NCBI RefSeq assembly: GCF_037042905.1
Contig: NC_087252.1
Span: forward strand, 19,470,001-19,534,000
Direction: 5' to 3'
Source of the DNA: Lytechinus pictus
Lineage: Eukaryota
Length of the DNA stretch: 64,000 bases
A model generated the notes under the pieces. It saw nothing but the letters and a program-made list of their open reading frames with translations. It was not told where the DNA came from and made no database searches. Made by a program: the position numbers and the translations under genes. Position 1 is the first letter of the stretch. Each line of letters starts with the position of its first letter. Shown in pieces: positions 35,501 through 52,000 of this stretch.

Positions 35501-38500
35501 TTAAATACATTTTCTTCCTGAATTCCAAAAATTTTGTCTGTTTTCCATATTGTGGAAAAATGCAGAATCAAGAATCAGTTATCTTCATCGAAATGGAAGA
35601 GATCTTGTCAATATTGTGGACATAGAATGTAACGATGTATGATTCGGACTCCACATTATGGGGAGAGCTCTGTCCCAGTGGTTCAGTCCCCGAATTTATA
35701 AACATATACCTGTCGGTTTGAACTCCAGTCATTGCGTCAATTTCCTTCAGCAAGAAATTATCCTTATGCTACACTCAACCCAGGTGGATGTTTCATGAAG
35801 CTGTTTGCAAGTTAAGAACAACTTCAGAATGACTGGTGTACCTTACGCGCTAAATAATCACCAATGAACATAAATGGTGAATATCATTCACCACAATAAA
35901 GGATCACCAGTCGTACTTAAAGTCACTCTTAACTTACGAACAGCTTTATGAAACGGCCCCCAGGTGAGGTAAAAGGTTACCTTGCAGGAATGTATTCCTT
36001 GAAATACTTGTTTGCAATAAAAGGCATACAGGGTTAAAGTTAGGCTAATGTTAATCTAGTCTCTCAAAAACAGTTGTGGATTTTAAAAGGTACATGATAC
36101 AGGTACGTGGTATACAAGGACCAAATATTATCATAATCAAGTATTATATTCTCCTGCATATTATATTCAGAATTTGACTGTGAATCTGACCGGACCTCTC
36201 TTGGAACTTGTTCATGTCTCGGCTGGCTATGGGACTGACCCAACAGATATCGGGACAACCCTAGCATACGCAAATGGATATGGATATTTTGAAAGCCCTA
36301 GCTACAGCAGCAACTTTTCTCTTGTTGATAATAAAGGATATCTTCTTATCGCCATCCCCAAATCTGTTGCTGGAACCTTCAATATCACTTTCAGAGTCAC
36401 AGCCATAGGTAGGAACTGTTGTTAATGTATAAAGAAGTGTAAATAGTGTAAACACCTGGGGGTGTTTCACAAAGATTTAATTATGAATTAGAGTCATACT
36501 TTAGACGGATATATGCTATGCCATGCGCAATCTTATTGATCAATACGCAGTAGTGGGCGTCCTCATGACACGATCTGACCAATGTGGTTTGCCTTTTATA
36601 CCACAAGCATCTAGATATTTAAGTGTGACTATAAGTCATACTTAAATCTTTGTGAAACATCCCCTGGTCTGAAATTCATGTAGCACAGTCAAATAGGGCT
36701 AAACATTGATTTATTGAGAGTGTCATCAGACCTTTGAAATGCTAAGTGGTTCCTCCTTCATATTTAAGTTGGTTTTGATTGTTTGATTCAATATTCTTAG
36801 AAGGGAGATGGGAGGGGGTTTGTTTCACAAACAGTTCGGTATGATCAAAGGCCAACATGCATGCATGTTGCTGAATTTTCATCTGCTTTACATTGACAAT
36901 CAAGAGCACACTCACTGAGCTTGAGTTAACCAATGAGGTGATGTACTTCATATAATTGCAAGCAACTTATGTTACTAAGTTGCTTGTAATTCAATAAAAA
37001 AAATCTCTCCTGATGCTAAATATTCTGTTTATTTTTATTCAGAATGTGAGTATCCAGAGGAACTCTGCAATGGATCTCTGCACTGCCTCGACAGGATACA
37101 GGAAACATGTGATGGTGAAGTTCAGTGTCTTGATAGTGGAGAGGATGAATACGGATGTGAAGGTAAGAATACTAGGCTGGAGAAGAAAGAGAAGAATAGA
37201 TAATAAATGTAAAGAAAAAGTAATGAAGAAGTAAATAATGCATTGCCAGATTCGTAGATCATGTTTTGTACTACCGATTTATCTTGAAAATGTCGAGGGA
37301 GGGGGGGGGGGCCATAATGCCTTCCCCATGGGATACATTGAACTTTTTGTGAAACACCATCTAGGATTGAAACTTTAGTTTATGTTGACTAACTTTCTAG
37401 AAACCATTGTCCATGACTGGTGTGTTGGCTCAGTTGGTAGAGCTTCCTTCACGCAACTGGGATGTCGTGATTTCAAGCCCCAGTCCCGTCCGACCAAAAA
37501 GACGTTATGAAATAGGAATACTGCAAGCCTGTGTGGCTTTAAACAATTTAAGGGATATATGGTGCTGTGCAGTGACTGCCAGGTCCATGATCAATTGGGC
37601 AAAACAAATTATCAGAGTATTTCTATTTCAGATTTCTATTTTAAACAATAACATATGAATGTACGGATTCTTGAATTTTCCTTCTCTTTGTGTGACAGAA
37701 TGTTTCCAAGGAGAATATTGCTTGTATGATTATTATAAGTGCGTTCAGCCTCGTGATAGATGTAATGGACTTTATGACTGTGCAAGTGGAAGTGATGAGA
37801 GTGATTGCCCAGGTAAGTACGAACACTCAACTTTGTAGTATATGCTTAAAATAAATAAAGACTTCTCCATATTCACACAGTTCTTTACTAATACTTGTTC
37901 CTATACTAATGCTTGTTCTTATACTAATTCTTGTTCTTATACTAATACTTGTTCTTATACTAATACTTGTTCTTATACTAATACTTGTTCTTATAGTAAT
38001 ACTTGTTCTTATACGAATACTTGTTCTTATACTAATACTTGTTCTTATAATAATACTTGTTCTTATACTAATACTTGTTCTTATACTAATGCTTGTTCTT
38101 ATACTAATACTTGTTCTTATACTAATACTTGTTCTTATACTAATTCTTGTTCTTATACTAATACTTGTTCTTATACTAATACTTGTTCTTATACTAATAC
38201 TTGTTCTTATAGTAATACTTGTTCTTATACGAATACTTGTTCTTATACTAATACTTGTTCTTATAATAATACTTGTTCTTATACTAATACTTGTTCTTAT
38301 ACTAATGCTTGTTCTTATACTAATACTTGTTCTTATACTAATACTTGTTCTTATACTAGTACTTGTTCTTATAATAATACTTGTTCTTATACTAATACTT
38401 GTTCTTATACTAATGCTTGTTCTTATACTAATACTTGTTCTTATACTTATGCTTGTTCTTATACTAATACTTCTTCTTATAATAATACAAGTTCTTACAC

Positions 38501-41500
38501 TAGTGATTGTTCTTATACTAATGCTTGCTCTTATACTAATGATTGTTCTTATACTATTACTTCTTCTTATACTTATACTTGTTTTTATACTAGTACTTGT
38601 GCTTAAACTAATGCTACTTTTTTTAATAATACTTGTTTTGAGTGCCTACTCTGATACAGATCCTCATTAATTAATATACATATAACTGCTAAAATGAGAA
38701 AATGCCCAGATTTTCGATCACATTTGATTTAGCATTTCATCTCTGGTGATTATTTGCATATTTAATATGTCATTTAAATTATTGTTTATGTAATTTAGTG
38801 CTAAGACACAACACATATTTAGTGCTATTGTTGTTTGACATTGGTCTTATTTGCCCGGGTTCTCCACCATGTTGTGTATGTTAGGCATGAAGTTGCTCTT
38901 TTATCTCAGCCAACATGAAATAGAGGCACAAGGCAAATTTACTTATACAGTACTCTTATGGAAAATTGAATATTCCAATGATAACAAGAGTAAGAGTATG
39001 AGTCTAGTGGTAACCGGATACTCTATTAAAGGCCTGTATTCTCAAAAGAAGTTTTAGCTATGCCATATGCATATTTCCTGTATTATTGTGCTTCATTTAT
39101 GCGCCCTTTGCCAGAAGCATGCATTTATAATTGGACTTTTCTTGGTGTATTTGATGAAGTAAGGGTAATTATGTACATTGTTTGCATAGTCCATGGTTAT
39201 GTGCCATATGATACAAATCAAACTTCTTTTGGGAATATGCAGTCAGACCGCAGGTCCCTATGCAAAAAGGCCAGATTCATCCAAATCATCTCGTGGCTGA
39301 ATCCTCCTCCTTGCAAAATCTTGTGATTCGTGAGATTTTCTTTCTCGAAGAATTTACTGTTTTAACCTCAAGTTAAATGAAATATTATTGCACCATCAGA
39401 TAGAGTAAAAGTTACTCTTTCATATTGGTCATTTATTTTGTATACAATATTTTGTTAAATAAGTAAATTTCTGGCCTGAAAATGTGCCTCAAAACTGAAT
39501 TTTCTTCCTCTGTTTTCTTTTGCAAATTGTGCAAAACTTTTTATTTTGAGCCTCAATGATATCTATATCACCATAAAGTTGAACTTCTGTACTTTCTCAC
39601 AATGCCACTCTTGATATGCGGCACCTTTTAATCGGGTCAAGATCACACTTTTCCCACCAAGGTACAAGACGAGATTTCTGAAATTTTGTACTTGCAAGAA
39701 ATCCAGAGTTCTGATTGGCTGGATAAGGTTCACAGAACAACAGGCGCGGGGTATTTGAGGAGATTACCACATGGGAAGTGTGACCTTCCCACGAACCCAG
39801 GCACTGCGACCGTTGGAATTTGCCATTATGTGGTCTCTTTGACCAATCAGAGTGCAGTATTCTTGTTTTCAAACTGCTTTATGTACCTGGCAAATGAAAA
39901 GTGTGATCTTGACCCGATTAAACCAATTCTTATTTTGAAACCTTTATCATTTTAAAGCATACATATTCAACTTTATCATGATATAAAAATCATTTGGGCT
40001 CAAACAAAAATAAAGTGTGAAAATAGCAGCTTTTGTCAGGTGAAAATATTTATTTTGTAGCATATTTTAGATCAAAATTTAACCTATATTACAAAATCTT
40101 TGAATAAATCCAAACACATGACCTGAAAGAATGATTCTTCTTCTTTACAATGGTACCAAATTCATGAAATTCGATGCACAATTAGAGCAGCAATGACCGA
40201 ATGAAAAGAGGTGTTTTGGTCCGCATCAAGCTCATTAAATATGCAAAACATCTCAAGTCATGAATATCACTTGGATGAAAGAAGCCACTTTCTTGGGACC
40301 TGCAGTCTGACTGTATGGGCCTAACAGTCTCATAGTGAAGAGGAAAGCATATTTAACTCTGCTGACAGATATGTAATCTGTAATAATCACATTGCAATCT
40401 CTACCTAAAAACTCATGATCTAACTAAAGACATGGAGACATCTCCTAAAACCTGGCTCACACTGTTGCATTTTGGGCATGCATTAAGTTGCAGATTGGCC
40501 TATTATACTCCCTGTAGAAGTATTGCACAAGTCGTGATTACTTACTAAAACTAGTGAAATGCATCTTATCATCAAATTATATTAGATGTTTTCTTTATTG
40601 TAAGTTGGTTCTGACAGCAAGCTTTGTGATAACTTGGATGTTGTCTCGTAGAACCTGGTGATGACGCTTGGCACCACTCATTCCAAAACCCTTCCCTCCT
40701 TTTCCGCGAACTGACATCTTGATGAATGAGAGCAAGTTATGTACAGTCCTTAAGACTAGATGTTATGCTGAGCGAAGTCAGTGTTATTATCATGATTATA
40801 TTGATGTTGTTTTTATTATTACTATTGCTATTGCTCTTATTGAATTTCTCTAAAGGATGTACCCTCTGTAACGGAACTGCTTGGTGCCCTGCGGATATCC
40901 AAGTTTGTGACTATATAAAGGATTGCCCAAGTAATGATGATGAGGCAGAAAGTCGCTGTAACCATATTGCTTTTATTGGTAAGAACTTTGCCCTTATACC
41001 TAATTCCCTCCTGCATAAATGTAATTACTCATTCATGATTTTCGATCAGGGGAGAATTTCATGAAATTAAATGTTAGATGTTTCATGCGACACGCCGGTT
41101 TACCCGACTGTTACCATAGTAGCCATGCTTCTCAGCCAATCAAATTCAAGGAAACTTGTGAGATGACATATGTTGGTGAAATGCTCCCTTGGATAGTTGA
41201 TCGGTAGGTTTATTTCATTGTTTTGATTAAAAAATAATTTGCCTGGCCTGTAAGCACACCTAATTGCGAAAAATCCTGTATTTCCCCGTTGAGGAGTCCA
41301 TTCTGGGGCCCCGTCTTACAAAGAGTTGCAATTGATCTGATCAACGTCAACTATAGAAAGCCAGCAACGTGCACATCTATGAAAATGCATGTTCAAAATA
41401 GTTTTGATGTATATTCATAGATTCATTGTTTTCTTGACAATTTGGTGTGCTTGCCTTTGTATTCAAAGGACATTTTGCAAATCTACTGTAGTAAAATTTA

Positions 41501-44500
41501 TGATACTGATGGATTTCCATAGAGTTATGATTGATTGGATCAATCGTAACTTTTTGTAAGACGGGGCCCGGAAATTCCTATAGGCTTTGTTTCTGGGTCA
41601 CCCGTTTTCAGGAAGCAATGGGTTAATTTTATTCTTTCCTGACTGGAACCACGAAGTCCATGTGGAAAGCCTACATAATAGTAAACAAGTTTACCAATCC
41701 TGCGTTCATTGGCCAAACATCATTCAAAGAATGTCCATAGTTATGGCTTGCAGTAAGACAGCATACTTCCAGTTTCTTCTTTGTCAGTTTTCTTCTCTGA
41801 CTTTCATTATTCACATTTTTTTTCTGGCTCTGTATTTTCTCACTCCCATCCTCGCTCTGTGTTTCTTCTTTGTCAATTTCATTTTATCTCTTGCTGTCTC
41901 TATGCAAATTCATCTCTCTGCCTCAATACCCTTTCTATTTTTCTTCACCTCTTTTCACAATACCGCTTATCACCTTTCCCCTCCCCTTCTATATTTTTAT
42001 ATCTTGATGTAATCACATTCCATTTCTCTCATCTCCATGGTCTCATTTCTACTTTGATATTCAATAGATGACGTTGATCTTGCTCCTGGGGAGTCTATTA
42101 CCGTTGAGAGAAGTTGGTTGGATGGTGCTTACGGGGATCGCAACACACCCGCCAGCAACTTCTACAACTTCACCCACTATGTTTTCACCTCTCCTCCTGG
42201 GACAACACTCTTTGTCGAGATGCAAAAGATCATTGTGGGTGGGGATCCCGGCCCCCTGCAAGCTCAGTTCAAAGTTTTAGTCGGGTCTGGAATCAATCCT
42301 GGCAATGATGAGAATACTGTAGCATACTTTGGTCTTTATCACAACAACACCATAAGTAATTCAATTCCTGATTCTGTGGGCTACGTGCTTATAGCCATCC
42401 CGAAAGATGTTAAAGCCAACGTCACGTTCCGAGTTACTGCAGTCGGTAAGAACCTTCAGCCTCTTTCTTCTACTTTGTCTTCTCTTTCCCCTCCTCTTTA
42501 TTCGGTTTTATTTCTTTGTCATTTATTATCCTGTGTGTGATCCACTGGGTGCTTTTTTAAAGAAATATCACTTTACATGGAAACATCGCTTTTACCCTGT
42601 ACCATTACACCTGGATCTTATTGTACAACATTTATTAAGAGAAAATAAGAAAGCTGCATTCTGCATCTGTGTTTGGAAGCATACAATAGTTTAACTTGAA
42701 TATCAAGGGGAAAATTACACTGATGTATGTTTTGATTCATCCAAGAAGAGATACAAATTATGAATAGTCCTGGACCCCATTTCATAAAAAGTTTTTATGA
42801 TATAGTAACTCTTGCTAAAATATCAACTTTCATTGGAAGAGCCAATCAGGATCATTTTCACTGTTGTCATGGTAGTTGACATTCCAGCAAAAGTTGCTAT
42901 CCCAATTTTTTATGAACAGATTCATTTTCTATTCGTAAAGAGAAAAAAATACAAACCGATGTGATATACAGTGCTGCTAATCACTGTGTTTAAGGACGTA
43001 GGTATTACGTTTTTTCATGTTTTGTATACTTTGAAGAAAACCCATCGGGTAACTTTAATTTTACAGACTAGCTGTACGTGTTTTCTTAACTTTCAAAAGA
43101 AAGCATCCAACATGGATCAACTTCATTTCTTGCCACAGAATGTTCTGGGTTTTCATGCCCAACAAGCGATCCATTCTATGGTAATTGCATCTCTGAGGAC
43201 TGGGTCTGTGACAACATAAGTGATTGCTTGGATAGTAGCGATGAAGCTGACTGTGACGGTGAGTTATGAATTCTAATGAGCTTCAATTACATTTAGCTGG
43301 TAAAGTTTCCAACACTATAAATGTCAATTTGATTCTGATGGTAAATTTTTAACCTTGATGAATGTTCATCAGATTTTGATGTTATATTTTGAAACATGAT
43401 GAGTTAATTTTCCAATGCAGTGACTATCACACACGGTTTCCTTGTTGAGGCCCCTCGAAGGTCACACTTCCTTTGTGGTAATTACTTAAAATAATCCTGT
43501 TTTGAAACCTTATGAATTCAGCCAATGAAAACTTTGGATTTCATGCTATTCAGAAATTTCAGAAATTAGAGAACTTGATGGAAAAAGTGTGATTTTTACC
43601 CAATTATATGGTGCCACTTATCAAAAATGACATTAGGTAGTTTTCACATTTACTAGGAGGGACACTCTCTACAACGCATCAGTTCAGTTGAAAATGGAAT
43701 TAAAACCACAATGGAGAGCTAAGAGGCTTTTGTCGAAAGTTAGTGGACTGGGACAGGAGATTATCTGAAGATTTGCACCCAACGAACAATTGTAAATATG
43801 CTGTGTCCAGAGTCATGAGATTCCGATGCTGTCCCGGTCCACCAACTTCCATAAGCCTCTCAGCTCACCATTGTGATTTGACTTGCACTTTTAAAGAAAT
43901 CTGTGTGTTGTATAGAGAATTTCCCTGTAGTAAATGCAAAAAACCTGGATTGTGAGAAAGTGCAAACTTTCAGATTTATGGTGAAAATGTTATTTAGGCT
44001 CGGAGAAAGTTTTGCACAATTTGCAAGAGAAACAAGAGAAAAGAAATTCTGTTTTGAGGCATGCTTGCAGGCCTGAATTCATATTTTTAATGAAAATAAT
44101 TTATACAAGTTAAATAACCAATGAATATAAAAAAGTAACATTTACCTCTTAATTGGTGCTTGAGGGCAAAGTGGTAAAATTCTTAGGTAAAAAATCTCAC
44201 AATTCACATGATTTTTTAGGGAAGAGGGTTTGGTCGCAAGAGGATTTCGATAAACCCAGCCTCTTCAACTTTACCATATGAATCTTCTATCTGGAGGTTA
44301 AAAATTTCCCTCACACAATGCACATACCCATAGCCAAATTCAAACTTCCTACGCAATCCTATTTGTTCACTCGCATATTTTAAAATATGTGTATTTATTT
44401 TTTCTTTGTCATCAATAGCTTGCCCTGACGGTCTGTACCCATGCTACTTTAATGATTCAATTTGTCTTGATTATACTGTTGTTGGATGCGATGGAAACTA

Positions 44501-46029
44501 TGATTGCCCAGGTGGTACTGATGAATACAACTGCACAGGTAAGATTCTTCTTTCTCATTATATTATATAAAGAGGCCTTTGACAACAAAAACCAGGGCAC
44601 CACTGCATTAAAGTTACCACTATGGTGAATTTGCCATCCAATGGTAACTAGCAGGAAATCCTTTAGTTTCATTGGCTGTTGATCAGTGATACCATGGTAT
44701 TAACCATTGGATGGCAAAGTTACCATAATAGTAACTTTTGTACAACAGGGCACTGGCTCCTTTATGCATAGAAGAGAGTGATAATGATCCAATTTTAGTG
44801 ATATCAAAATGACCATCCAAGCCTTTCTACTGTATTTCGAAATGAATGTATGTGCCAACTTATTCTGGCCAAGTGATAGTTCTTTTTCCTGGCATCCCAG
44901 TTTATAGGTGATGCTCTAATATGTATATGTTATATTCATGATTTTTCGCTGTTGATTACAGTGTTTCACAATGTTATGTTTACCTAACCCTACTACATAT
45001 AGATCTATGCTGGTATCATAACAATTGACTTTTATTTGAAAGACTTTCTCAGGATATTTTTGCTTCCTGCAACTGATGTAACTTAACTTTGACATATTAA
45101 TTTGTATTTCTTGTATCTTTCCTTTAATAGACTTAGGATGTTTTGCGTGTCCTGGTTTTTCATCATGCTTACATGACCTTCAAGTTTGTAACTACTATAA
45201 CGATTGTCCTTATGGGGAAGATGAGACAGAAGCTCGCTGCAAACACTCTGATTTTGTCAGTAAGTTTATTGTTTTTATATGTATATGCACACACACATAT
45301 ATATATATATATATATCTTTGAGATCAAGAGTATGGAGAGGATGTTGCAAGATAATACCAATTTTCTTCATCTTTCGTGGGCTTGCCTTTCATCAGGATT
45401 ATTAAAGGGGTGCTCAGAGCTGAAGAAATTTATATCTACATGTAAATAAATAGAGTAAAATTCTCAGAGTAAAATGCTGATAATTTAATCAAAATCGGAT
45501 AACAAATAGCAAAGTTAGTGAATTTTAAAGTTAAGCAATATTTTGGGAAAACAGTTAAAGGCACATCATCATGAATACTCATTAAGTGGGCTGATGATAT
45601 TACATCCCCATTTTCCTTTTTCTAATGTTATTACATGAAATCATAATTGTTTCATTTTTTCATACATGTGTGAATGATATGTCTCCATTGTAATGATATG
45701 ATTTGCAGCAATAAATATCAAATGCACTAAATCAGTTGTCAATTCCATTGTTTTAGTTCTTGGTAGAAAATTTGTGGATGAACCTAATTTCAAATAATAA
45801 AATACAAAAAAACAAGTGGGGATATGACATCATCAGCCCACCTAATTAATATTCATGAAGACATGCCTAGAACTGTTTCACCGGAATAATGCAAACCTCT
45901 AAAATTCAATAACTTTGTTATTTGTTCTCCGATTTTGATTAGATTTTCAGCATTTAGCCTGGACCATTCCTTTAATAAGTTCCATAGGCATTACACAGAA
46001 TAAAATGAAGTGCCATATACATGTATATA

Positions 46030-46066
<37 letters not shown>

Positions 46067-49000
46067 GCATATATTATATATATATATATATATATTATAA
46101 TTTATATATGTAAATTCATTTATGGAATAACAGATATAATAAAAAAAATCTTGGAGATCATTAATAATTTTTCTTCAATATGTGTACACTGATGCAGCAC
46201 TTGTCGGTTCAATTGCAGTCAACCCTAGTCAAGTGTAGTTTTAACAGTTTTACCAACCTTTTTTGCACGATTTTTTACTATTGACATGTTATCAGTTTTT
46301 TTAGACTTGTGAATTAACCTACTAAAGTTAAGGCCATCCGATGGAACAGTAAATGTGGAGACAGGTTTTCAAATAGGAAACACTGTTTTGTGCCTCTAAA
46401 GACCCTTTTTCATTATGACCAGGTGGCTATCAAGACATTGTTCACAGGGTTGGCATATTTCCCGCTTCGGAGGCTTATTTCCTGGACGCCGGGAAATAAG
46501 CGGTATTTACCGGTATTTACCGCTTTTTTCCGGTATTTACCACTTTTCACCGGGAAATACCGGGAAATATAATTTTCCACTCACTTTTCTATATAGGGAT
46601 TGTCAAATTTTGAACATAAAAACAAAGGTGGTGAGTATGGTTGCTCTGGTGTGTACCATCTGTGTGAGTGTTTGTGTGTGTGTTTGTTTGTTTGTATGTG
46701 TGTTTATGTTTGTGTTTGGGTGTTATCTTTGTGTGTTATCATGAAATGCTGGAAAAATACAATAAAATACTAAAAAGATCCCAAATGTACATCTAATTTA
46801 GATATGATGTTCTTCATTAAGACCGCGCTAATTCTTCAGACATCACTGTTTATCACCAGGAGCTGGACATAGAGGAACAGAAGATCCTGCGTCCAGAACT
46901 GAACCTTATGTAACCTTATGTATTAAGTCAGTCAATAATTACCATATTCATGAATACCTAAATGTACATGTATTAATGAGCATAAACGTGTATTAGCATA
47001 TGAACAAAATGCCATGTGCTTCAAAAACCATGTGCTTTTAGATCCATTCATGTAGCCCACTAGACTAGTGATTCTGTTTCAGCAAGGAGCACACCTTATC
47101 TCAGGACACACGTGATTGGAAAGTGCACTAAAGCAAGTCAGGTATAAAGAAAAACACATCAATGAAAATATTTTGACTGACCAATGTAGATAATGTACAT
47201 ATCTGAAAATAATAAATACATGTATAGTATTACAGGATGGAAATCATGGACATGTATTGGGTTGTTAAATCTATGGAAACTTTGAATTATAGGCAAATCC
47301 AAGAAAAGGTCCCCCTAGAAGACAAAATTTCATCTTCATTTTATGACGTAATCTTTGGTGGGATAAGAAAGCCCAAATATTGAATTTTAAAATTTCATTA
47401 TGACAAATTTGTTGATATGCAAATTTATGCTAATATGGAGCACCAAATTTGCATAATTGGTAATCTGAGCGTTACATATGGGACAATTATAAAACAGCAT
47501 AGAAAATCAAAACAAAACTTGTGAGATCTATTCATACATTCATAACACTTTATTATTTTTGGGGAAAAAAATTTGGTGTCATCTAATTTAATATGCAAAT
47601 TAGGCCTTGTCAAAGGATGAAATGTCCCATATGTAACATTTTGAGGTCATTTTCTTTAGTTATTTCCCAAAATACAATACCTGTATTGTTTCATCTCTAG
47701 GAAGTTCTAATTTATTGAGTATTTTAATGTAATACCACAAAAAGTTTCAAAAATATAATTTACTTTTTAATATAAAGTTGATTAAAAAAATGTTAGGTAT
47801 GGGACAATATGCTATGCATGGACATTTGTTCACAATGTCAATGGAAAATGAATATCAAATATGTGTACAAAGTGAATGGAGAAAAACAAATTTCAAGAGT
47901 GCTCCAAAAATAGATTTATTCACCTTTTCTGGAGTTTCTAAATACTGTTTTGTTATGAATATTGATAAAAGAAAATAATTGAAGGAAAAAAAATGTGAAA
48001 ATTGAAAAATATGAAAAAATTAAAAACAATAGATATACATAAGAAATTCATGAAACCATGAATAAATATGAAAATAATTTTTGTAATAGCAGATTTCCTT
48101 TTCATTCATATCAAATATGTCTCAGAACATTTTAAAAGAAAAAAAAAATCTTTTGTTATTGCTAATATATTTGAAATTATTTGAATTTTTAAAATCAGGG
48201 GAAAATTGTGTACATTCTCTAGGAGACAAAACATCCCATACATAACATGTCATTAATTTTATAATTAGAGTCTGCAGTTAGAGGGTTTTGCCTTATGAAA
48301 TGAAACTTGCTTTTGATATACTTGAATGTTGTGACATTTATCACACTGATTTACAAGTTGTCAAATGAAATACATGTACTTTCAGAGAATTATTAAGTTG
48401 AAAAAAAATCATATTGTAATGAGATACAATGGCCCGTATTCTGAAGTCGGATTTAACTTAAACTCAGGTTTAAAGCTGTGGTTTAAGTATGGACAGCCAA
48501 TTGTTACATAAATCACTAACGGTAGAGATATCATATTTCAGGTCATTTGGCTCTCAAATCATTCATAATTGTCTAGGAAGTATATATAGATGATTGTCTT
48601 CACCATTGATGAATCAGGAAAGAGCACAGTAAACATAAGAAACGTACAACTTAATGAAAAATTTGATACTTTTGGCTTCCCATACTTAAACCACAACTTT
48701 AAACCTGAGTCTAAGTTAAACCAGACTTCAGAATACGGGCCAATGGCATGTAAAAAGTTAAACCCCGGGAGAAATATTTGTTTGTTTTAATATGATTATT
48801 CAATTTCCAGGAACATATTTGGAGTTTGTATACGTATGTGTGGACTTAGATCCTATGTGTGTTTGGGTATGTACATATGTATGCAGTATGGATTTTAATC
48901 TTTTTGTGTGTTTCTACTATGAGTTTTGTGATTCTAATTATTTCAGAACACAATTTCATTTGTTGAGGTTAAAAACAACTAAAATTATTGAAAAAAAAAG

Positions 49001-52000
49001 AATTATAAATCATATTTCCCGTTTTTTACATATTTACCGGACGCCCATCTTATTTACCGGACGGTATTTACCGGTATTTACCACCGGTAATTACCGCTAC
49101 CGGTATTTACCGCCCAACCCTGATTGTTCACTATTTCTGTTTCTCTCTTTCTCTGATTCTCTTTCCTTTTCCACTTGCTTTTTTCTGCCTCTATTTCTCT
49201 GTTTCTTTTTATTTCTTTGTCTTATTCCATTCCCAACAATTTCGCACTCTTTCTTACTTGCTCCTTTCTTTTACAATATCACACTCCTTTTCCCGTACTC
49301 TCTCACTTTCTCACACACACTCTTTCTCACTTGCTCCTTTCTTTTACAATATCACACTCCTTTTCCCATACTCTCTCACTTTCTCACACACTCTCTTTCT
49401 CACTTGCTCCTTTCTTTTACAATATCACACTCCTTTTCCCATACTCTCTCACTTTCTCACACACACTCTTTCTCACTTGCTCCTTTCTTTTACAATATCA
49501 CACTCCTTTTCCCATACTCTCTCACTTTCTCACACACTCTCTTTCTCACTTGCTCCTTTCTTTTCCAATATCACACTCCTTTTCCCATACTCTCTCACTT
49601 TCTCACACACTCTCTTTCTCACTTGCTCCTTTCTTTTACAATATCACACTCCTTTTCCCATACTCTCTCACTTTCTCACACACTCTCTTTCTCACTTGCT
49701 CCTTTCTTTTACAATATCACACTCCTTTTCCCATACTCTCTCACTTTCTCACACACACTCTTTCTCACTTGCTCCTTTCTTTTACAATATCACACTCCTT
49801 TTCCCATACTCTCTCACTTTCTCACACACTCTCTTTCTCACTTGCTCCTTTCTTTTACAATATCACACTCCTTTTCCCATACTCTCTCACTTTCTCACAC
49901 ACACTCTTTCTCACTTGCTCCTTTCTTTTACAATATCACACTCCTTTTCCCATACTCTCTCACTTTCTCACACACACTCTTTCTCACTTGCTCCTTTCTT
50001 TTACAATATCACACTCCTTTTCCCATACTCTCTCACTTTCTCACACACTCTCTTTCTTACTTGCTCCTTTCTTTTACAATATCACACTCCTTTTCCCATA
50101 CACTTTCTCACTTTCTCACACACTCTCTTTCTTACTTGCTCCTTTCTTTTACAATATCACACTCCTTTTCCCATACTCTCTCACTTTCTCACACACACTC
50201 TTTCTCACTTGCTCCTTTCTTTTACAATATCACACTCCTTTTCCCATACTCTCTCACTTTCTCACACACTCTCTTTCTTACTTGCTCCTTTCTTTTACAA
50301 TATCACACTCCTTTTCCCATACTCTCTCACTTTCTCACACACACTCTTTCTCACTTGCTCCTTTCTTTTACAATATCACACTCCTTTTCCCATACTCTCT
50401 CACTTTCTCACACACACTCTTTCTTACTTGCTCCTTTCTTTTACAATATCACACTCCTTTTCCCATACTCTCTCACTTTCTCACACACTCTCTTTCTCAC
50501 TTGCTCCTTTCTTTTACAATATCACACTCCTTTTCCCATACTCTCTCACTTTCTCACACACTCTCTTTCTCACTTGCTCCTTTCTTTTACAATATCACAC
50601 TCCTTTTCCCATACTCTCTCACTTTCTCACACACTCTCTTTCTTACTTGCTCCTTTCTTTTACAATATCACACTCCTTTTCCCATACTCTCTCACTTTCT
50701 CACACACTCTCTTTCTCACTTGCTCCTTTCTTTTACAATATCACACTCCTTTTCCCATACTCTCTCACTTTCTCACACACTCTCTTTCTTACTTGCTCCT
50801 TTCTTTTACAATATCACACTCCTTTTCCCATACTCTCTCACTTTCTCACACACTCTCTTTCTTACTTGCTCCTTTCTTTTACAATATCACACTCCTTTTC
50901 CCATACTCTCTCACTTTCTCACACACTCTCTTTCTCACTTGCTCCTTTCTTTTACAATATCACACTCCTTTTCCCATACTCTCTCACTTTCTCACACACT
51001 CTCTTTCTCACTTGCTCCTTTCTTTTACAATATCACACTCCTTTTCCCATACTCTCTCACTTTCTCACACACACTCTTTCTCACTTGCTCCTTTCTTTTA
51101 CAATATCACACTCCTTTTCCCATACTCTCTCACTTTCTCACACACTCTCTTTCTCACTTGCTCCTTTCTTTTACAATATCACACTCCTTTTCCCATACTC
51201 TCTCACTTTCTCACACACTCTCTTTCTCACTTGCTCCTTTCTTTTACAATATCACACTCCTTTTCCCATACTCTCTCACTTTCTCACACACTCTCTTTCT
51301 TACTTGCTCCTTTCTTTTACAATATCACACTCCTTTTCCCATACTCTCTCACTTTCTCACACACACTCTTTCTCACTTGCTCCTTTCTTTTACAATATCA
51401 CACTCCTTTTCCCATACTCTCTCACTTTCTCACACACTCTCTTTCTCACTTGCTCCTTTCTTTTACAATATCACACTCCTTTTCCCATACTCTCTCACTT
51501 TCTCACACACTCTCTTTCTCACTTGCTCCTTTCTTTTACAATATCACACTCCTTTTCCCATACTCTCTCACTTTCTCACACACTCTCTTTCTCACTTGCT
51601 CCTTTCTTTTACAATATCACACTCCTTTTCCCATACTCTCTCACTTTCTCACACACTCTCTTTCTCACTTGCTCCTTTCTTTTACAATATCACACTCCTT
51701 TTCCCATACTCTCTCACTTTCTCACACACTCTCTTTCTCACTTGCTCCTTTCTTTTACAATATCACACTCCTTTTCCCATACTCTCTCACTTTCTCACAC
51801 ACTCTCTTTCTCACTTGCTCCTTTCTTTTACAATATCACACTCCTTTTCCCATACTCTCTCACTTTCTCACACACTCTCTTTCTCACTTGCTCCTTTCTT
51901 TTACAATATCACACTCCTTTTCCCATACTCTCTCACTTTCTCACACACTCTCTTTCTCACTTGCTCCTTTCTTTTACAATATCACACTCCTTTTCCCATA

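Noticed and set aside
37842..38670. (YTNTCS)n ORF resembling a Thr/Cys antifreeze-like repeat protein
   Set aside because: An 18-bp intronic minisatellite, open in two frames, with no splice signals fitting the host gene.
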